From positions 1 through 64,000 of IMG/VR virus record IMGVR_UViG_3300013137_002966: 64,000 nt of DNA. The stretch is one strand, 5' to 3'. The position numbers and the translations under genes were made by a program. Below are positions 27,942 through 38,772 of the stretch, one piece after another. This stretch comes from a virus. The notes under the pieces are model-generated. The model made no database searches. It worked only from the letters and a program-made list of their open reading frames with translations, and was not told the origin of the DNA. Position 1 is the stretch's first letter; each line of letters begins with the position of its first letter.

Positions 27942-29396
27942 ATGAAAAAACAAGAAATTATTGCAAGTTTAGAAGAATGGGATTCTGTAATTAATTTTTA
28001 TAGACCAAATGGTTCTCCTAAAGATTGGTATCTAAGTGAGTTAAATAAAATATCTATACCGTTGATGTGGGGTAATTGGAATGTTTATCAAGAAAATGGT
28101 AAAATATTTGATAGATTGAATGAATTGGTTATTTCACACAGATTGGATAATTTTATAGATTATGTTCCAATAGATAAAATTGGAGACTCAAATCATTTAT
28201 ATATTATAACAGTCTATAATCCTTCGTTTTTTTCTTTAAATTATAATATCGGATTTAGTTGTATATCAGAAAAATATAAAGAAGATATAAGAAATGGTAG
28301 AGCTAAAATTGTTATATTATATGTAATGGAAGGTTATTCGGGATCAGATAATAATAGAGATCTTGATATAACTGAAGAATGGAGAATAAGAGAGAATTTT
28401 CCATCTAAATCTGTATATTTTATAACTGGAAATTTAATAGGTGATAAAATAGCAAAGAGTAGAAATTTAGATTTAGAAGTTATTGGTGTCTCAAGTTTTG
28501 ATATGAATAACAGGCAGTATTTATCTAATGATATACCTGAATTTAATCCAATTGATGATAAGTATTTATTTTTATCTTATAATAGAGCGCCTCGATCACA
28601 TAGAATTATGATGATACTTAAACTAATTAAACATGGTATTTTTGTTAAAGGTTTAGTCAGTTTAAATAAATTTACGATAGAAGTATTTAATAATATAAGA
28701 GTTCAAGGTGAATATAGTGATATAATTAAATATGTGTATAAAAATACACCTTTTCTAATTGATGATAAACATAATTTAATAAATAATTTGGCTTGTAATA
28801 TTGAAATTGAAGATTATTCCAAAACATTTATATCACTTGTGACAGAATCTCTTATAGATAATGGTACATTATTTTTATCTGAGAAAATTTGGAAGCCCAT
28901 AATAGTTGGACATCCATTTATGATTCTTGGTAATCAAAATACATTAAGTTATCTGAGGTCCTTAGGATATAAAACTTTTGATAAATGGATAGATGAATCA
29001 TATGATTCTGAACCTGATAGTAATAAAAGATGTGATATGATTATTGATGAGATAATTAAACTAAATCAATTATCTATTGATAAATTAAAAGCAATGAGAA
29101 TAGAGATGTATGATGTTTGTCTATATAATAGAGAGTTATTTAAGAAATACTTAAAAGAAAATTGGTCTAATGATGTAAGTGTATCATTAGTAAATCATAT
29201 ATATAAAATTTGGAATGATTCTGGTTTTGTTGCTAAATATTTCAATTCTACCAATAATAAAAATTTAGAATTACTTAATAGATTAGATGAGCATTTATTA
29301 AAAATTAATTCTACACTAGAACCTATAATTAAACAACTAAATGAAGCTAATAATATTGTTCTAAATTTAAAAGATATTTTAAATAACATTCATTAA
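27942..29396 (+). CDS. Putative glycosyltransferase (GT10/fucosyltransferase-like C-terminal motif)
   Basis: FLSYNRAPRSHR; LVTES....FLSEKIWKPI..HPF. Confidence 0.55.
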   Translation: MKKQEIIASLEEWDSVINFYRPNGSPKDWYLSELNKISIPLMWGNWNVYQENGKIFDRLNELVISHRLDNFIDYVPIDKIGDSNHLYIITVYNPSFFSLNYNIGFSCISEKYKEDIRNGRAKIVILYVMEGYSGSDNNRDLDITEEWRIRENFPSKSVYFITGNLIGDKIAKSRNLDLEVIGVSSFDMNNRQYLSNDIPEFNPIDDKYLFLSYNRAPRSHRIMMILKLIKHGIFVKGLVSLNKFTIEVFNNIRVQGEYSDIIKYVYKNTPFLIDDKHNLINNLACNIEIEDYSKTFISLVTESLIDNGTLFLSEKIWKPIIVGHPFMILGNQNTLSYLRSLGYKTFDKWIDESYDSEPDSNKRCDMIIDEIIKLNQLSIDKLKAMRIEMYDVCLYNRELFKKYLKENWSNDVSVSLVNHIYKIWNDSGFVAKYFNSTNNKNLELLNRLDEHLLKINSTLEPIIKQLNEANNIVLNLKDILNNIH

Positions 29397-29914
29397 TAAA
29401 GTTCTGGATATTCTATTATTAAATTTATTCCACCGTTTTTATATGCTTCTCTATAAGATTCTTCAATCATGTCACTGCTTGTCAAATTATATATTTTAGA
29501 ATATTTTAAAATTTTAGAGAAGCCTTCTAGATAATCACCTTTATGCTGATAACCCGGATCTAATGGTTTATCACTGCCTTTACCAATTCTTATTATTATA
29601 TTTGCTTTCCATTCGTTATTACTCATATATTCAAATTTATCTAAATGATTAATGAGCTGGTTTGCTGCACAAACTAAAAAATCCCATCTTGGATAAAATG
29701 ATATGACAAATTTACCAGTCATAGCCAATCCTAAACTTATACCCATTTGTGATTCTTCCATTACAGGCATTTCTATTATTTTTTCTTTAGGTACATTATT
29801 AATTGTACCTGACATTGGATTTCCGTACCATAGCAACTGTTGACCAATAAAAATAGTATCGTCTTTTTTTCCTAATTCTGTCATTGAATTAGTTAATCTT
29901 TCTTTATAACTCAT
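29393..29914 (-). CDS. TPP-dependent enzyme beta subunit (transketolase/PDH E1-beta pyrimidine-binding domain)
   Basis: IIEMPVMEESQMGISLGLA; FLVCAANQLINHL; PGYQH. Confidence 0.8.
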   Translation of the reverse strand: MSYKERLTNSMTELGKKDDTIFIGQQLLWYGNPMSGTINNVPKEKIIEMPVMEESQMGISLGLAMTGKFVISFYPRWDFLVCAANQLINHLDKFEYMSNNEWKANIIIRIGKGSDKPLDPGYQHKGDYLEGFSKILKYSKIYNLTSSDMIEESYREAYKNGGINLIIEYPELY

Positions 29915-29928
29915 CGTTTAATATATTT

Positions 29929-32007
29929 TTAATTTTTAATTAGATTTATTAAAAATTTTCTATCATATTCTCCATATGACAATTCAATCATTTTGTTTTG
30001 ATTTTTAATAAATCTTTCTTTATTTTTATTATAAAAGTCGATAAAAAATTCTTTATTACTATAAATTCTTTGTATTTCATTAAAAATTCTGAATAATCTT
30101 TCTCTAGGATTTTCTATATTATCATAATCATGATTAATTACATCATCAAAAAAATCAAAATCATATAATCTTTTCATCTCTTTAATGTGTTCGTGATTTG
30201 CTATGATAATTGGAAATTGTAGAGCATAAAAAGGTTTAAATGATTTTTCAGTAATATGTATTGTATTTGAACAAAATTCTGTTTCAGTTGCAATATTTAC
30301 ATATGAATTTTCATACGTTTGTTTTTCATAAATTATTCCCCAGTTAACTACAGTATAAAAATCTTCTCTATTATCAAACCAGGTTTTATCCTCTTCATAT
30401 TTACTTTTCTTTTGATCTATATTTTTAAAATATTCTATTTCTGAAGACAAATCATTAATATCATTTTCATTAAAAACACAAGAATAAAAACCTTTAACAT
30501 CTTTACTATCAAATAACCAACCGTTTACTAATGACCAATCGACATCTTTTAATATGTCATATTTTTTTAATAGACAAAGTATTCCATATCTATGTGGTCT
30601 TGGCCTTTTATTATGACATAGAAAAAACTCTCCTTTTTTATCAAGATTAAAATCAATCTTACCTATTGAATTTTCAAAAGATTTAGTGGTAAACTCTATT
30701 AATCTTTGAGTTGAATGCACATTTATATCAGAATTTAATTCTATTTTATATTGATTCAATTTTGGATTATTATTTGATAACCATAATTGATTTTGATTTA
30801 AGTTTAATTTTTTTGTCCAATTATGAAGTAATAAAAATGTTTGATATGACTCCGATTCTTGATCATTCATAAATATAATATTTAAATTTTTGAACGATTT
30901 CCAGTATTCAATAACTTCTGGTAATAAAGGCGATTCATTATTTAATAGTTTTTTTTCTATTAGATTTGGCATAATTGTAATAAAATAGAAGAAATTTTTA
31001 TCTGGGTAATTTTTTATTTCACTAAGTTTATACCTTTCGATATCATCATAAATATTAAACGATTTCATAATACTATCTATAGGCATTAATAAACTGTCTT
31101 CATATATAATTTTACAATTAGGTTCTAATGGACAATTATTTTTTTCATCCCAAGAATCATAAACTAAGTTAATTGTTTTTTTATTTAAATCGAAATTTAT
31201 ATCATTCTCTATTCTTTTTATTATATTTTCTGCAATAATCTGATGACATTTTAATGATGGGTGATGGTCTTTTGGCGGATTAATAAAATGTTCAAAATCA
31301 TTATTTATAGTTAATCCTTCATTTTTATTCATCATATGTCTTATGCAATCATATATTTCATTATTATATTTTAACGGTATGAATCTATTATATAGCCATA
31401 TATCATCTTTAATTAATTGCAAATAGTCTTCTTCCCAACATAAGATTAATGTCTTAATTCCTTTATCTTCATAAAAATGCATTGCATTTCTTACATCATT
31501 TAGAATTCTTTCTGATAAATCTTTTTTCCAATCCTCAAAAGAACATTTCTTTTCTTCAAGTAGCCATTCATAAAAAGTATTTTTGGTGCTGGGTTCGTCT
31601 ACACAAAAATGATGATTTTCACCTTTAAAATTAAAGTAGTATCTATTTCTATGAGGTTGTGATGTTTGAATTATTATATATTCTATTTCATTATATGCAA
31701 CTTTATCTTCAGCGAGCGATAAAATTGTATAATTATTTTCATTTTCTAAATTAAATAATTGATCTAAAAATTCTATAGTTTGTGTTTCGGAACCGCCATT
31801 TTTCTTAGATACAATTTCAAAGGTATTAAAATAATTTGCAACTAATCTTGGATATCTTAAAGTTGACATATATAGTCTATGAGCGTATGTTACTAAACTA
31901 CCATCATATGTATCTGGTGCTGGTTCCTTTAGAGTTTCTAATCCAGAATAGTAATATAATCCTTGTCCCCAAGTAAACGAGCATCCACCAAAAATTATAC
32001 CTTTCAT
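29929..32007 (-). CDS. SGNH-like domain fused to GT10-like domain
   Basis: N: GGCSFTWGQG...DHHPS; C: FLCHNKRPRPHR...TETEF..IHITEKSFKPF. Confidence 0.6.
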   Translation of the reverse strand: MKGIIFGGCSFTWGQGLYYYSGLETLKEPAPDTYDGSLVTYAHRLYMSTLRYPRLVANYFNTFEIVSKKNGGSETQTIEFLDQLFNLENENNYTILSLAEDKVAYNEIEYIIIQTSQPHRNRYYFNFKGENHHFCVDEPSTKNTFYEWLLEEKKCSFEDWKKDLSERILNDVRNAMHFYEDKGIKTLILCWEEDYLQLIKDDIWLYNRFIPLKYNNEIYDCIRHMMNKNEGLTINNDFEHFINPPKDHHPSLKCHQIIAENIIKRIENDINFDLNKKTINLVYDSWDEKNNCPLEPNCKIIYEDSLLMPIDSIMKSFNIYDDIERYKLSEIKNYPDKNFFYFITIMPNLIEKKLLNNESPLLPEVIEYWKSFKNLNIIFMNDQESESYQTFLLLHNWTKKLNLNQNQLWLSNNNPKLNQYKIELNSDINVHSTQRLIEFTTKSFENSIGKIDFNLDKKGEFFLCHNKRPRPHRYGILCLLKKYDILKDVDWSLVNGWLFDSKDVKGFYSCVFNENDINDLSSEIEYFKNIDQKKSKYEEDKTWFDNREDFYTVVNWGIIYEKQTYENSYVNIATETEFCSNTIHITEKSFKPFYALQFPIIIANHEHIKEMKRLYDFDFFDDVINHDYDNIENPRERLFRIFNEIQRIYSNKEFFIDFYNKNKERFIKNQNKMIELSYGEYDRKFLINLIKN

Positions 32008-32008
32008 C

Positions 32009-32941
32009 TTATAATAATTTTTTTTGTATAATTTCCTTATATTCTCTATTTACAATATAATTTCTAGTGCCATAATTATTTTCATAATCATCGTTATCAT
32101 TTATAATATTTTCATTTGGATTATTAGCTAAATCATAATTAGATAAATCTCTATTAATTCTATTAATTATATTTTTTGCCATAACTCTATGACATTTTAA
32201 TGATGGATGATGATCTTTTGGCGGATTTTCAAAATGATCATAATCACTATTTATAGTTAATTCACTATTTTCATTCATCATATATCTGATACAATCATAA
32301 ATTTTATTATTATATTCTAAAGGTATAAATCTATTATATAGCCATATATCATCTTTAATTAATTGCAAATAATTATCTTCCCAACATAAAATTAATGTCT
32401 TAATACCTTTATCTTCATAAAATTTTAAAGTATTTTTTACCTTATTAATCCAATCTTTCTCATGTTCTTCTAACCAATTATCAAGAGAATAATGTTTTTC
32501 TTCTATTAGCCACTCATAAAAATTTGCTTTTGTACTTTGCTCATAAGTAAGAAATTTATTTTTTTGACCTTTATGTGTATAAAAAAATGGATTTCTTACT
32601 GGATTTGATGTTTGTAATATAATATATTCTACTTCATTGTAGCATAAAGAATCAGTTGTCAGATGTCCAAATCCACTTTCTAATCCAAATAATTGAGATA
32701 GAAAATTCATAGATGTTTCTTCAGAACCTCCATTTTGGTTCGATACTACTTCAAAAGTATTGAAATAATTTGAAACCAATCTAGGATACCTTAACGTTGC
32801 AGCATATTTTATATGAGCGGATCTTACTAAATTAGCATCATATGTATCTGGTGGAGGTTCCTTTAAAGATTCTAATCCAGAGTAGTAGTATAATCCTTGA
32901 CCCCAAGTGAACGAACATCCTGCGAAAACTAAACCTTTCAT
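32009..32941 (-). CDS. SGNH/GDSL-like hydrolase or acyltransferase
   Basis: AGCSFTWGQG...DHHP; paralog of the N-terminal half of 29929-32007. Confidence 0.6.
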   Translation of the reverse strand: MKGLVFAGCSFTWGQGLYYYSGLESLKEPPPDTYDANLVRSAHIKYAATLRYPRLVSNYFNTFEVVSNQNGGSEETSMNFLSQLFGLESGFGHLTTDSLCYNEVEYIILQTSNPVRNPFFYTHKGQKNKFLTYEQSTKANFYEWLIEEKHYSLDNWLEEHEKDWINKVKNTLKFYEDKGIKTLILCWEDNYLQLIKDDIWLYNRFIPLEYNNKIYDCIRYMMNENSELTINSDYDHFENPPKDHHPSLKCHRVMAKNIINRINRDLSNYDLANNPNENIINDNDDYENNYGTRNYIVNREYKEIIQKKLL

Positions 32942-33909
32942 TTTTTAAATTCTTCTTTATTTTTTAGATACCATTCATATGTAGCTTTTAGAGCATCTTC
33001 AATGCTTGTTTTTGGTTCCCATCCTAATACTTTTCTGATTTTGTCAGAATTAATTCTTCTTATTGGTATCATTGATGGTTTTCCTTGTATATATTCTATT
33101 GGGGTATTAAAATTTGCTAGTTTTTTGACAATATTTAAAACATCATTAACTGAGTATGTTGTGTTTGAGCCAACATTAAACACAGTATATTCTTCTTGTT
33201 TTTCCATTATTAATAATAATGCATCAACAAAATCATCAATAAATAGTATATCTCTTAATTCTGTACCATCACCCCATACTGGAATTGGATTCATTTGATC
33301 TGCAACCTTACGTATAGTCGCTGGTGTTACATGACATTTATTAAAATCAAATTTGTCGTGTGGGCCAAATAGATTAGCAGGTCTAACAACTACAGTTAGC
33401 ATAGGATTTGGTACAAATTTTGAATACATTTCGCATTGAACCTCAGCGTATCTTTTCATCCAACCAACTGGGTAATAAATTGGAAATGGTTCGTCAAATA
33501 AAAAATCTGATTCTTTGACAGGCTTATCCTTTGTATCAGGATAAACAGAGCTAGAAGATAGAAATATATATTTTCCTACTTTATTTCTATATGCAGCATC
33601 AATAAGATAATTATTTATAACTACATTGCTAGTAACATGTGCTAATGGATCTAGTTGAGTATCAACAGCATTTGTAGTAAATGCTGCACAATGAAAAACA
33701 ACATCCATACCTTTTGTTATTTCTAAACAATAGTCTCTACTGGTTAAATCTCCATGAAAATATTTAACATTATCATATAATATTCTAGGTGTAGTTTTAT
33801 GTATAGATACAGATACGTTTTCGTATCCACTGCTAATTAATTTATTGGTTAAATTTTGACCAACTAATCCTGAAGCACCTGTAATTAAAATTTTTAATTC
33901 TTTATTCAT
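32938..33909 (-). CDS. NAD-dependent epimerase (GDP-fucose synthase-like SDR)
   Basis: ITGASGLVG; RPANLFGPHD; HVTPA; VWGDGTELRD. Confidence 0.8.
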   Translation of the reverse strand: MNKELKILITGASGLVGQNLTNKLISSGYENVSVSIHKTTPRILYDNVKYFHGDLTSRDYCLEITKGMDVVFHCAAFTTNAVDTQLDPLAHVTSNVVINNYLIDAAYRNKVGKYIFLSSSSVYPDTKDKPVKESDFLFDEPFPIYYPVGWMKRYAEVQCEMYSKFVPNPMLTVVVRPANLFGPHDKFDFNKCHVTPATIRKVADQMNPIPVWGDGTELRDILFIDDFVDALLLIMEKQEEYTVFNVGSNTTYSVNDVLNIVKKLANFNTPIEYIQGKPSMIPIRRINSDKIRKVLGWEPKTSIEDALKATYEWYLKNKEEFKK

Positions 33910-33917
33910 GTTTATAT

Positions 33918-34859
33918 TTATTTTTTATTTTGTTGCTCACTATAATATTTATATGTATTTTCTAATGCCTTATAAAATGTTGTATGAGGTAAAAGATTAA
34001 ATTCTTTTTGTTTTTTAATATTCATTTGTCTTCTCATGTCACCATTTGGTTTTGTTGTATCCCATTCTACTTCTACATTTTTTTTACTTATATCTATTAA
34101 GTTGTGTATCATACTGTTAATTGTTATTTCTTCTCCTGAGCCAAAATTTATTGTGACATTTAATCTTTTTTTAAATAAATCTATGATAGCATTAGCAACA
34201 TCTTCTCCATATACAAAATCTCTAATTGGTGTGCCATCTCCCCAAGCTGTAAGTTTACCATCTGATTCATATATTTTCTTAACCATAGTTGATATTACTG
34301 TACCATTACCAGAAAAATCATCATATTCACCAAATATATTAGCAGGTCTAATTATAGACCATTTATCATAATTGTATTGTTGTTTATATGCTGTTAACAG
34401 TAATTCTCCAAATCTTTTGGACCAGGATGGAAACCAATCAGCTTGTGATGGAAATAATTTCCAGAGATCATCTTCTATAAAGTTTTCTGATGGACCATAT
34501 ACACCAACAGAGCTAACAAAAATTAGCCATGTGTCATTTAAATAACACTGATTAATTATTTCTGTATTAATTTTAATTGATGGATATAAAAAATCTACTG
34601 GCTGATTTTTTGCTTTTAATGGAGAACCCTTAACTCCAAAACAGTTGAATACAGCATCAAATTTATAATTTTTAAATAGGTATTTTATATTATCTTCTAT
34701 TAATAAATCTAGTTTTTCAAATATATAATTTTCGTTATATATTTCTTCCTTAGGCTCCATTTTATCTACTGCTATTACTTTCCAGTTTTTATTTAGACAG
34801 TTTTTAGTTAAATAAGAACCGACTAGACCACTAGAACCTGTTATTAATATTGTTTTCAT
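33918..34859 (-). CDS. NAD-dependent epimerase (GDP-fucose synthase-like SDR), second copy
   Basis: ITGSSGLVG; RPANIFGEYD; WGDGTPIRDF; KPNG. Confidence 0.8.
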   Translation of the reverse strand: MKTILITGSSGLVGSYLTKNCLNKNWKVIAVDKMEPKEEIYNENYIFEKLDLLIEDNIKYLFKNYKFDAVFNCFGVKGSPLKAKNQPVDFLYPSIKINTEIINQCYLNDTWLIFVSSVGVYGPSENFIEDDLWKLFPSQADWFPSWSKRFGELLLTAYKQQYNYDKWSIIRPANIFGEYDDFSGNGTVISTMVKKIYESDGKLTAWGDGTPIRDFVYGEDVANAIIDLFKKRLNVTINFGSGEEITINSMIHNLIDISKKNVEVEWDTTKPNGDMRRQMNIKKQKEFNLLPHTTFYKALENTYKYYSEQQNKK

Positions 34860-34880
34860 ATTTTGAATATAGTTTTTTTA

Positions 34881-34907
34881 TTATATAATAAAAAATATTA
34901 AAAGTTA
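34881..34907 (-). promoter_or_regulatory. Promoter-like motif AAC-N18-TATAA
   Basis: TAAC-N18-TATAA upstream of ATG 34859. Confidence 0.6.
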
Positions 34908-37502
34908 TCTCTTTTCAATGTTTAAGCCTGACAAATCTATTAGAAAGTTTAGATCTGAATTATCTTTACTTTTTTCAATTATTTTTCTATTATTTTCCAT
35001 AAATCTACTTTTATTATTAGCATAAAATTTTATAAAAAAATCTTTATTTTCATTTATTCTTTTAATTTCATTAGCGAATTTGAAGAGTCTTTCTCTGTGA
35101 TTTAATTCTTTATCATAATCATGATTAATTACATCATCAAAAAAATCAAAATCATATTTTTTCTTAATTTCTTGTATATGATTAGGAGAAGCTAAAATAA
35201 GTGGAAATTGTAAAGCATAAAAGGCTTTAAATGATTTCTCTGAAATATGTATAAGATTTGAATTAAACTCTGTTTCTGTTGTTATATTAAAATAAGAATT
35301 TTCAAATGTTCTTTTATCATATGTTTTATTCCATTCTATATCACTATTAGTATCTCTATTATCAAACCAATTATATTCGGTTTCGTATTTACTCTTTTTT
35401 TGATCAATATTATTAAAATAAAAAATTTCAGGTAATAAGGAATCCATATCTTCTTCATTAAATACATTTGAATAGAAACCTCTATATGGCTTATTTTTCA
35501 TTTCCCAGCCATTAACTAAAGACCAATCAACATCATTAAGAATATTATATTTTTTTAATAAGACAAGTAGACCATATCTATGAGGTCTTACTTTTCTATT
35601 TTGACACATAAAAAATTTACCTTCTTTTTCAATTTTGAAATCAATTTGACCGATACAACTTATTATAGGCGCAGCTATACTATTAGCTAATTTAACTGTT
35701 GAATGAGTATTTATATTACTATTTAATGATTTTTTAAATTCTTCTAATTTAGAATTATTATTAGATATCCATAATTGATTTTGATCTAATTCCATTGATT
35801 TTGTCCAATTATGTATTGTTATAAATGTTTCTTCTGTTTCAGATTCCTGCTCATTCATTATAACAATTATTAGATTTTTAAATTTTTTCCAATAATCTAT
35901 GACTTCTTGAGGCATAGGTAATTGATTAGTATCAATTTTTTCTTTTATTTGTCCAGGAAGTAATGTGATAAAATAGAAGAATTTTTTGTCTGGATATTTT
36001 TCTACATCACTTAATTTAAATCTTTTAATATATTGTTCAGGAAATGTAAGAGAGTTTACCACACTATCAATAGGCATAAAATAACAATTTGTATATAATT
36101 TTTTACAATTTGGTTCATTTGGATAGTTTTTCTCATCATTGAAATTATCATAAACCAAATTGAAAAAATCATTGATTTTTTGCTGTTCTATAAGATTTTC
36201 TGTTTTTATTTGTTTTTGTAATTGTTCTTGTGACTGTGGTTGTTCTTGTGATTGTGATAATTGATGTATATATTCTATCTCAATGTCTTGAGTAATCAAA
36301 TTATTAAAAAAAGTAATATCATAATCAAGATTTATCTTTTTTATTTTATTAAGGTTCTCTTCAAATCTTTTTTGATTATTTTTATAGAAATTAATAAAAA
36401 AATCTTTATTTTCCTGAATTCTTTTAACTTCCTCTACAAATTTAAATAATCTATCTCTAGAATTACTGATATTATCATAACTGTGGTTAATTATATCATC
36501 AAAGAAATCGAAATCATATATTTCTTTAAGAGTTCTGATATGATGCTTTGATGCTAATATTAATGGAAATTGAAATCCACAAAATGGCTTAAAAGATTTT
36601 TCAGTTATATGAATATCTTCAGAATTAAATTTCGTTTCAGTAGTTATATTAAAATAAGAATTTTCATATGATTTTTGTATAAAAGGTATATTTTGATTTT
36701 TATCGTTAAATCCGGTGAAGTCTAATTCATATTTACTTTGTTGTCTATTTATATTTGAAAAGAAAATCATTTCATTTCGAAAAATATTCATATCAAGATT
36801 TGTAAATATTTCTGAATAATAATCATCTATTTTATAACTTTCTTTGAAACACACACCATCTACTAAAGACCAATCTGTATCATATAATAAATTATATTTT
36901 TTCATTAATACTAAGAGTGCATATCTATGCACTCTTAATGATTTGTTATGACATAAAAATAAATTTTCTTTTTCTTTTATGAAGTTTACACTAAAATTTG
37001 ATAGAGCGTATCCAGATGCCCTTGATGTGTGAGTATTTATTTTGCTATTTAAGTTTTTTTTAAATTCACTTAAATTACTATTATTATTGATTATCCAAAA
37101 TTGATTAGGATCTAAATTTCTAGATTCAAGTATTTTATCTAAAAAAATGAAACATTCTTTAGACTCAGACTCACATTGATTTATGAAAATTATTTTTAGA
37201 TTTTTATTACTTTTTAATAATTCAATTACCTCATTTGTTAGTGGTAATTCATTTTTTGAAAAAAATGAATTAGTATAAGAATGTCTAAACCATTGTAGAT
37301 AATAAAAATTCTCATTTGGATATTTTATTATATCTTCAATTCTAAAATTTTTATAATTATTAAAATCAAAATCTTCAAGTACTTTGTAGCTTACCCTCCA
37401 AGATGATGGTTCGTGTGTATAAAAATATTTTTGACCGTTAGGATTTGGATTTTCGTTATTTATTTCCCAATCATCATATACTAAATTTAAATACATACTC
37501 AT
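34905..37502 (-). CDS. Tandem double GT10-like domain protein with Gln-rich linker
   Basis: Two copies of NLVYD...N.R..HRY...ENSYFNITTET..ITEKSFK; linker QSQEQPQSQEQ. Confidence 0.6.
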   Translation of the reverse strand: MSMYLNLVYDDWEINNENPNPNGQKYFYTHEPSSWRVSYKVLEDFDFNNYKNFRIEDIIKYPNENFYYLQWFRHSYTNSFFSKNELPLTNEVIELLKSNKNLKIIFINQCESESKECFIFLDKILESRNLDPNQFWIINNNSNLSEFKKNLNSKINTHTSRASGYALSNFSVNFIKEKENLFLCHNKSLRVHRYALLVLMKKYNLLYDTDWSLVDGVCFKESYKIDDYYSEIFTNLDMNIFRNEMIFFSNINRQQSKYELDFTGFNDKNQNIPFIQKSYENSYFNITTETKFNSEDIHITEKSFKPFCGFQFPLILASKHHIRTLKEIYDFDFFDDIINHSYDNISNSRDRLFKFVEEVKRIQENKDFFINFYKNNQKRFEENLNKIKKINLDYDITFFNNLITQDIEIEYIHQLSQSQEQPQSQEQLQKQIKTENLIEQQKINDFFNLVYDNFNDEKNYPNEPNCKKLYTNCYFMPIDSVVNSLTFPEQYIKRFKLSDVEKYPDKKFFYFITLLPGQIKEKIDTNQLPMPQEVIDYWKKFKNLIIVIMNEQESETEETFITIHNWTKSMELDQNQLWISNNNSKLEEFKKSLNSNINTHSTVKLANSIAAPIISCIGQIDFKIEKEGKFFMCQNRKVRPHRYGLLVLLKKYNILNDVDWSLVNGWEMKNKPYRGFYSNVFNEEDMDSLLPEIFYFNNIDQKKSKYETEYNWFDNRDTNSDIEWNKTYDKRTFENSYFNITTETEFNSNLIHISEKSFKAFYALQFPLILASPNHIQEIKKKYDFDFFDDVINHDYDKELNHRERLFKFANEIKRINENKDFFIKFYANNKSRFMENNRKIIEKSKDNSDLNFLIDLSGLNIEKR

Positions 37503-37536
37503 ATACAAATTTTAGTTTTTATTTATATATAGCTGC

Positions 37537-38772
37537 TTATATGTCCAAATGAATTAAACTGTCAAAAAAATTGTAATCATAATCAAGATTAAGTTTTGAT
37601 ATTTTATTGAAATTCTCTTCAAATCTTTTTTTATTATTTTTATAGAAATTGATAAAAAAATCTTTATTTTCCTGAATTTTTTTTACTTCTTCAACAAATT
37701 TAAATAATCTATCTCTGTTGTTTTTGATATTATCGTAATCATGATTAATTATATCGTCAAAGAAATCAAAATCATATATTTCTTTGACTTTTTTGATATG
37801 ATGTTTTGATGCTAGTATTAAGGGAAATTGATAAGCCCAAAATGGAATGAATGTTTTTTCTGTTATATGAATATCTTCAGAATTAAAATATGTTTCTGTG
37901 GCAATATTAAAATATGAATTTTCAAAAGTTTTTGGTAAATATGTTGACCTCCATGGTATATTTAGATCATCGTCAAACCAAGTAGTATCTTCTTCATATT
38001 TACTCTTCTTTTTATCAATTTTAGTAAAAAAAGACATTTCAGATTGAAGTTGTCTCATATCATAATCTGTTAGTAATTTTGAATAGAGATCATTAATTTT
38101 GGTTGAATTCTTTAATCTTTGAGCATCTAGAAATGACCAGTCAGTATCATCTAAAATATTATATTTTTTTAATAAAGTTAATAGAGTATATCTTTGTATT
38201 CTTGCTGAACGATTATGATTTAAAAATATATTTTCTTTTTTCGTTATAAAATCGATTTTTTTTCTTTCTGTCATCTCAAATCCTAATGCCTGGGTAGTAT
38301 GTGTATTTATTTTGCTATTTAAGTTTTTTTTAAATTCACTTAAATTACTATTATTATTGATTATCCAAAATTGATTAGGATCTAAATTTCTAGATTCAAG
38401 TATTTTATCTAAAAATATAAGACATTCTTTAGGTTCTATTTCACAATGATTCATGAATATTATTTTTAGATTTTTATTACTTTTTAATAATTCAATTACC
38501 TCATTTGTTAGTGGTAATTCATTTTTTTCAAAGAACGAATAAGTAAATGAATGTCTAAACCATTGCATATAATAGAAATTTTCATCTGGATATTTTATTA
38601 TATCTTCAATTTTATAATTTTTATAATTATTATAGAAAAAAGATCGAATCGTACTATCACTATTTACCCAAGATGATGGTTCGTGAATATAAAAATTTTT
38701 TTGACCGTTAGGATTTGGATTTTCGTTATTTATCTCCCAATCGTCATATACTAAATTTAAATACTTATTCAT
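37537..38772 (-). CDS. GT10-like domain protein
   Basis: Close paralog of the N-terminal domain of 34905-37502. Confidence 0.6.
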   Translation of the reverse strand: MNKYLNLVYDDWEINNENPNPNGQKNFYIHEPSSWVNSDSTIRSFFYNNYKNYKIEDIIKYPDENFYYMQWFRHSFTYSFFEKNELPLTNEVIELLKSNKNLKIIFMNHCEIEPKECLIFLDKILESRNLDPNQFWIINNNSNLSEFKKNLNSKINTHTTQALGFEMTERKKIDFITKKENIFLNHNRSARIQRYTLLTLLKKYNILDDTDWSFLDAQRLKNSTKINDLYSKLLTDYDMRQLQSEMSFFTKIDKKKSKYEEDTTWFDDDLNIPWRSTYLPKTFENSYFNIATETYFNSEDIHITEKTFIPFWAYQFPLILASKHHIKKVKEIYDFDFFDDIINHDYDNIKNNRDRLFKFVEEVKKIQENKDFFINFYKNNKKRFEENFNKISKLNLDYDYNFFDSLIHLDI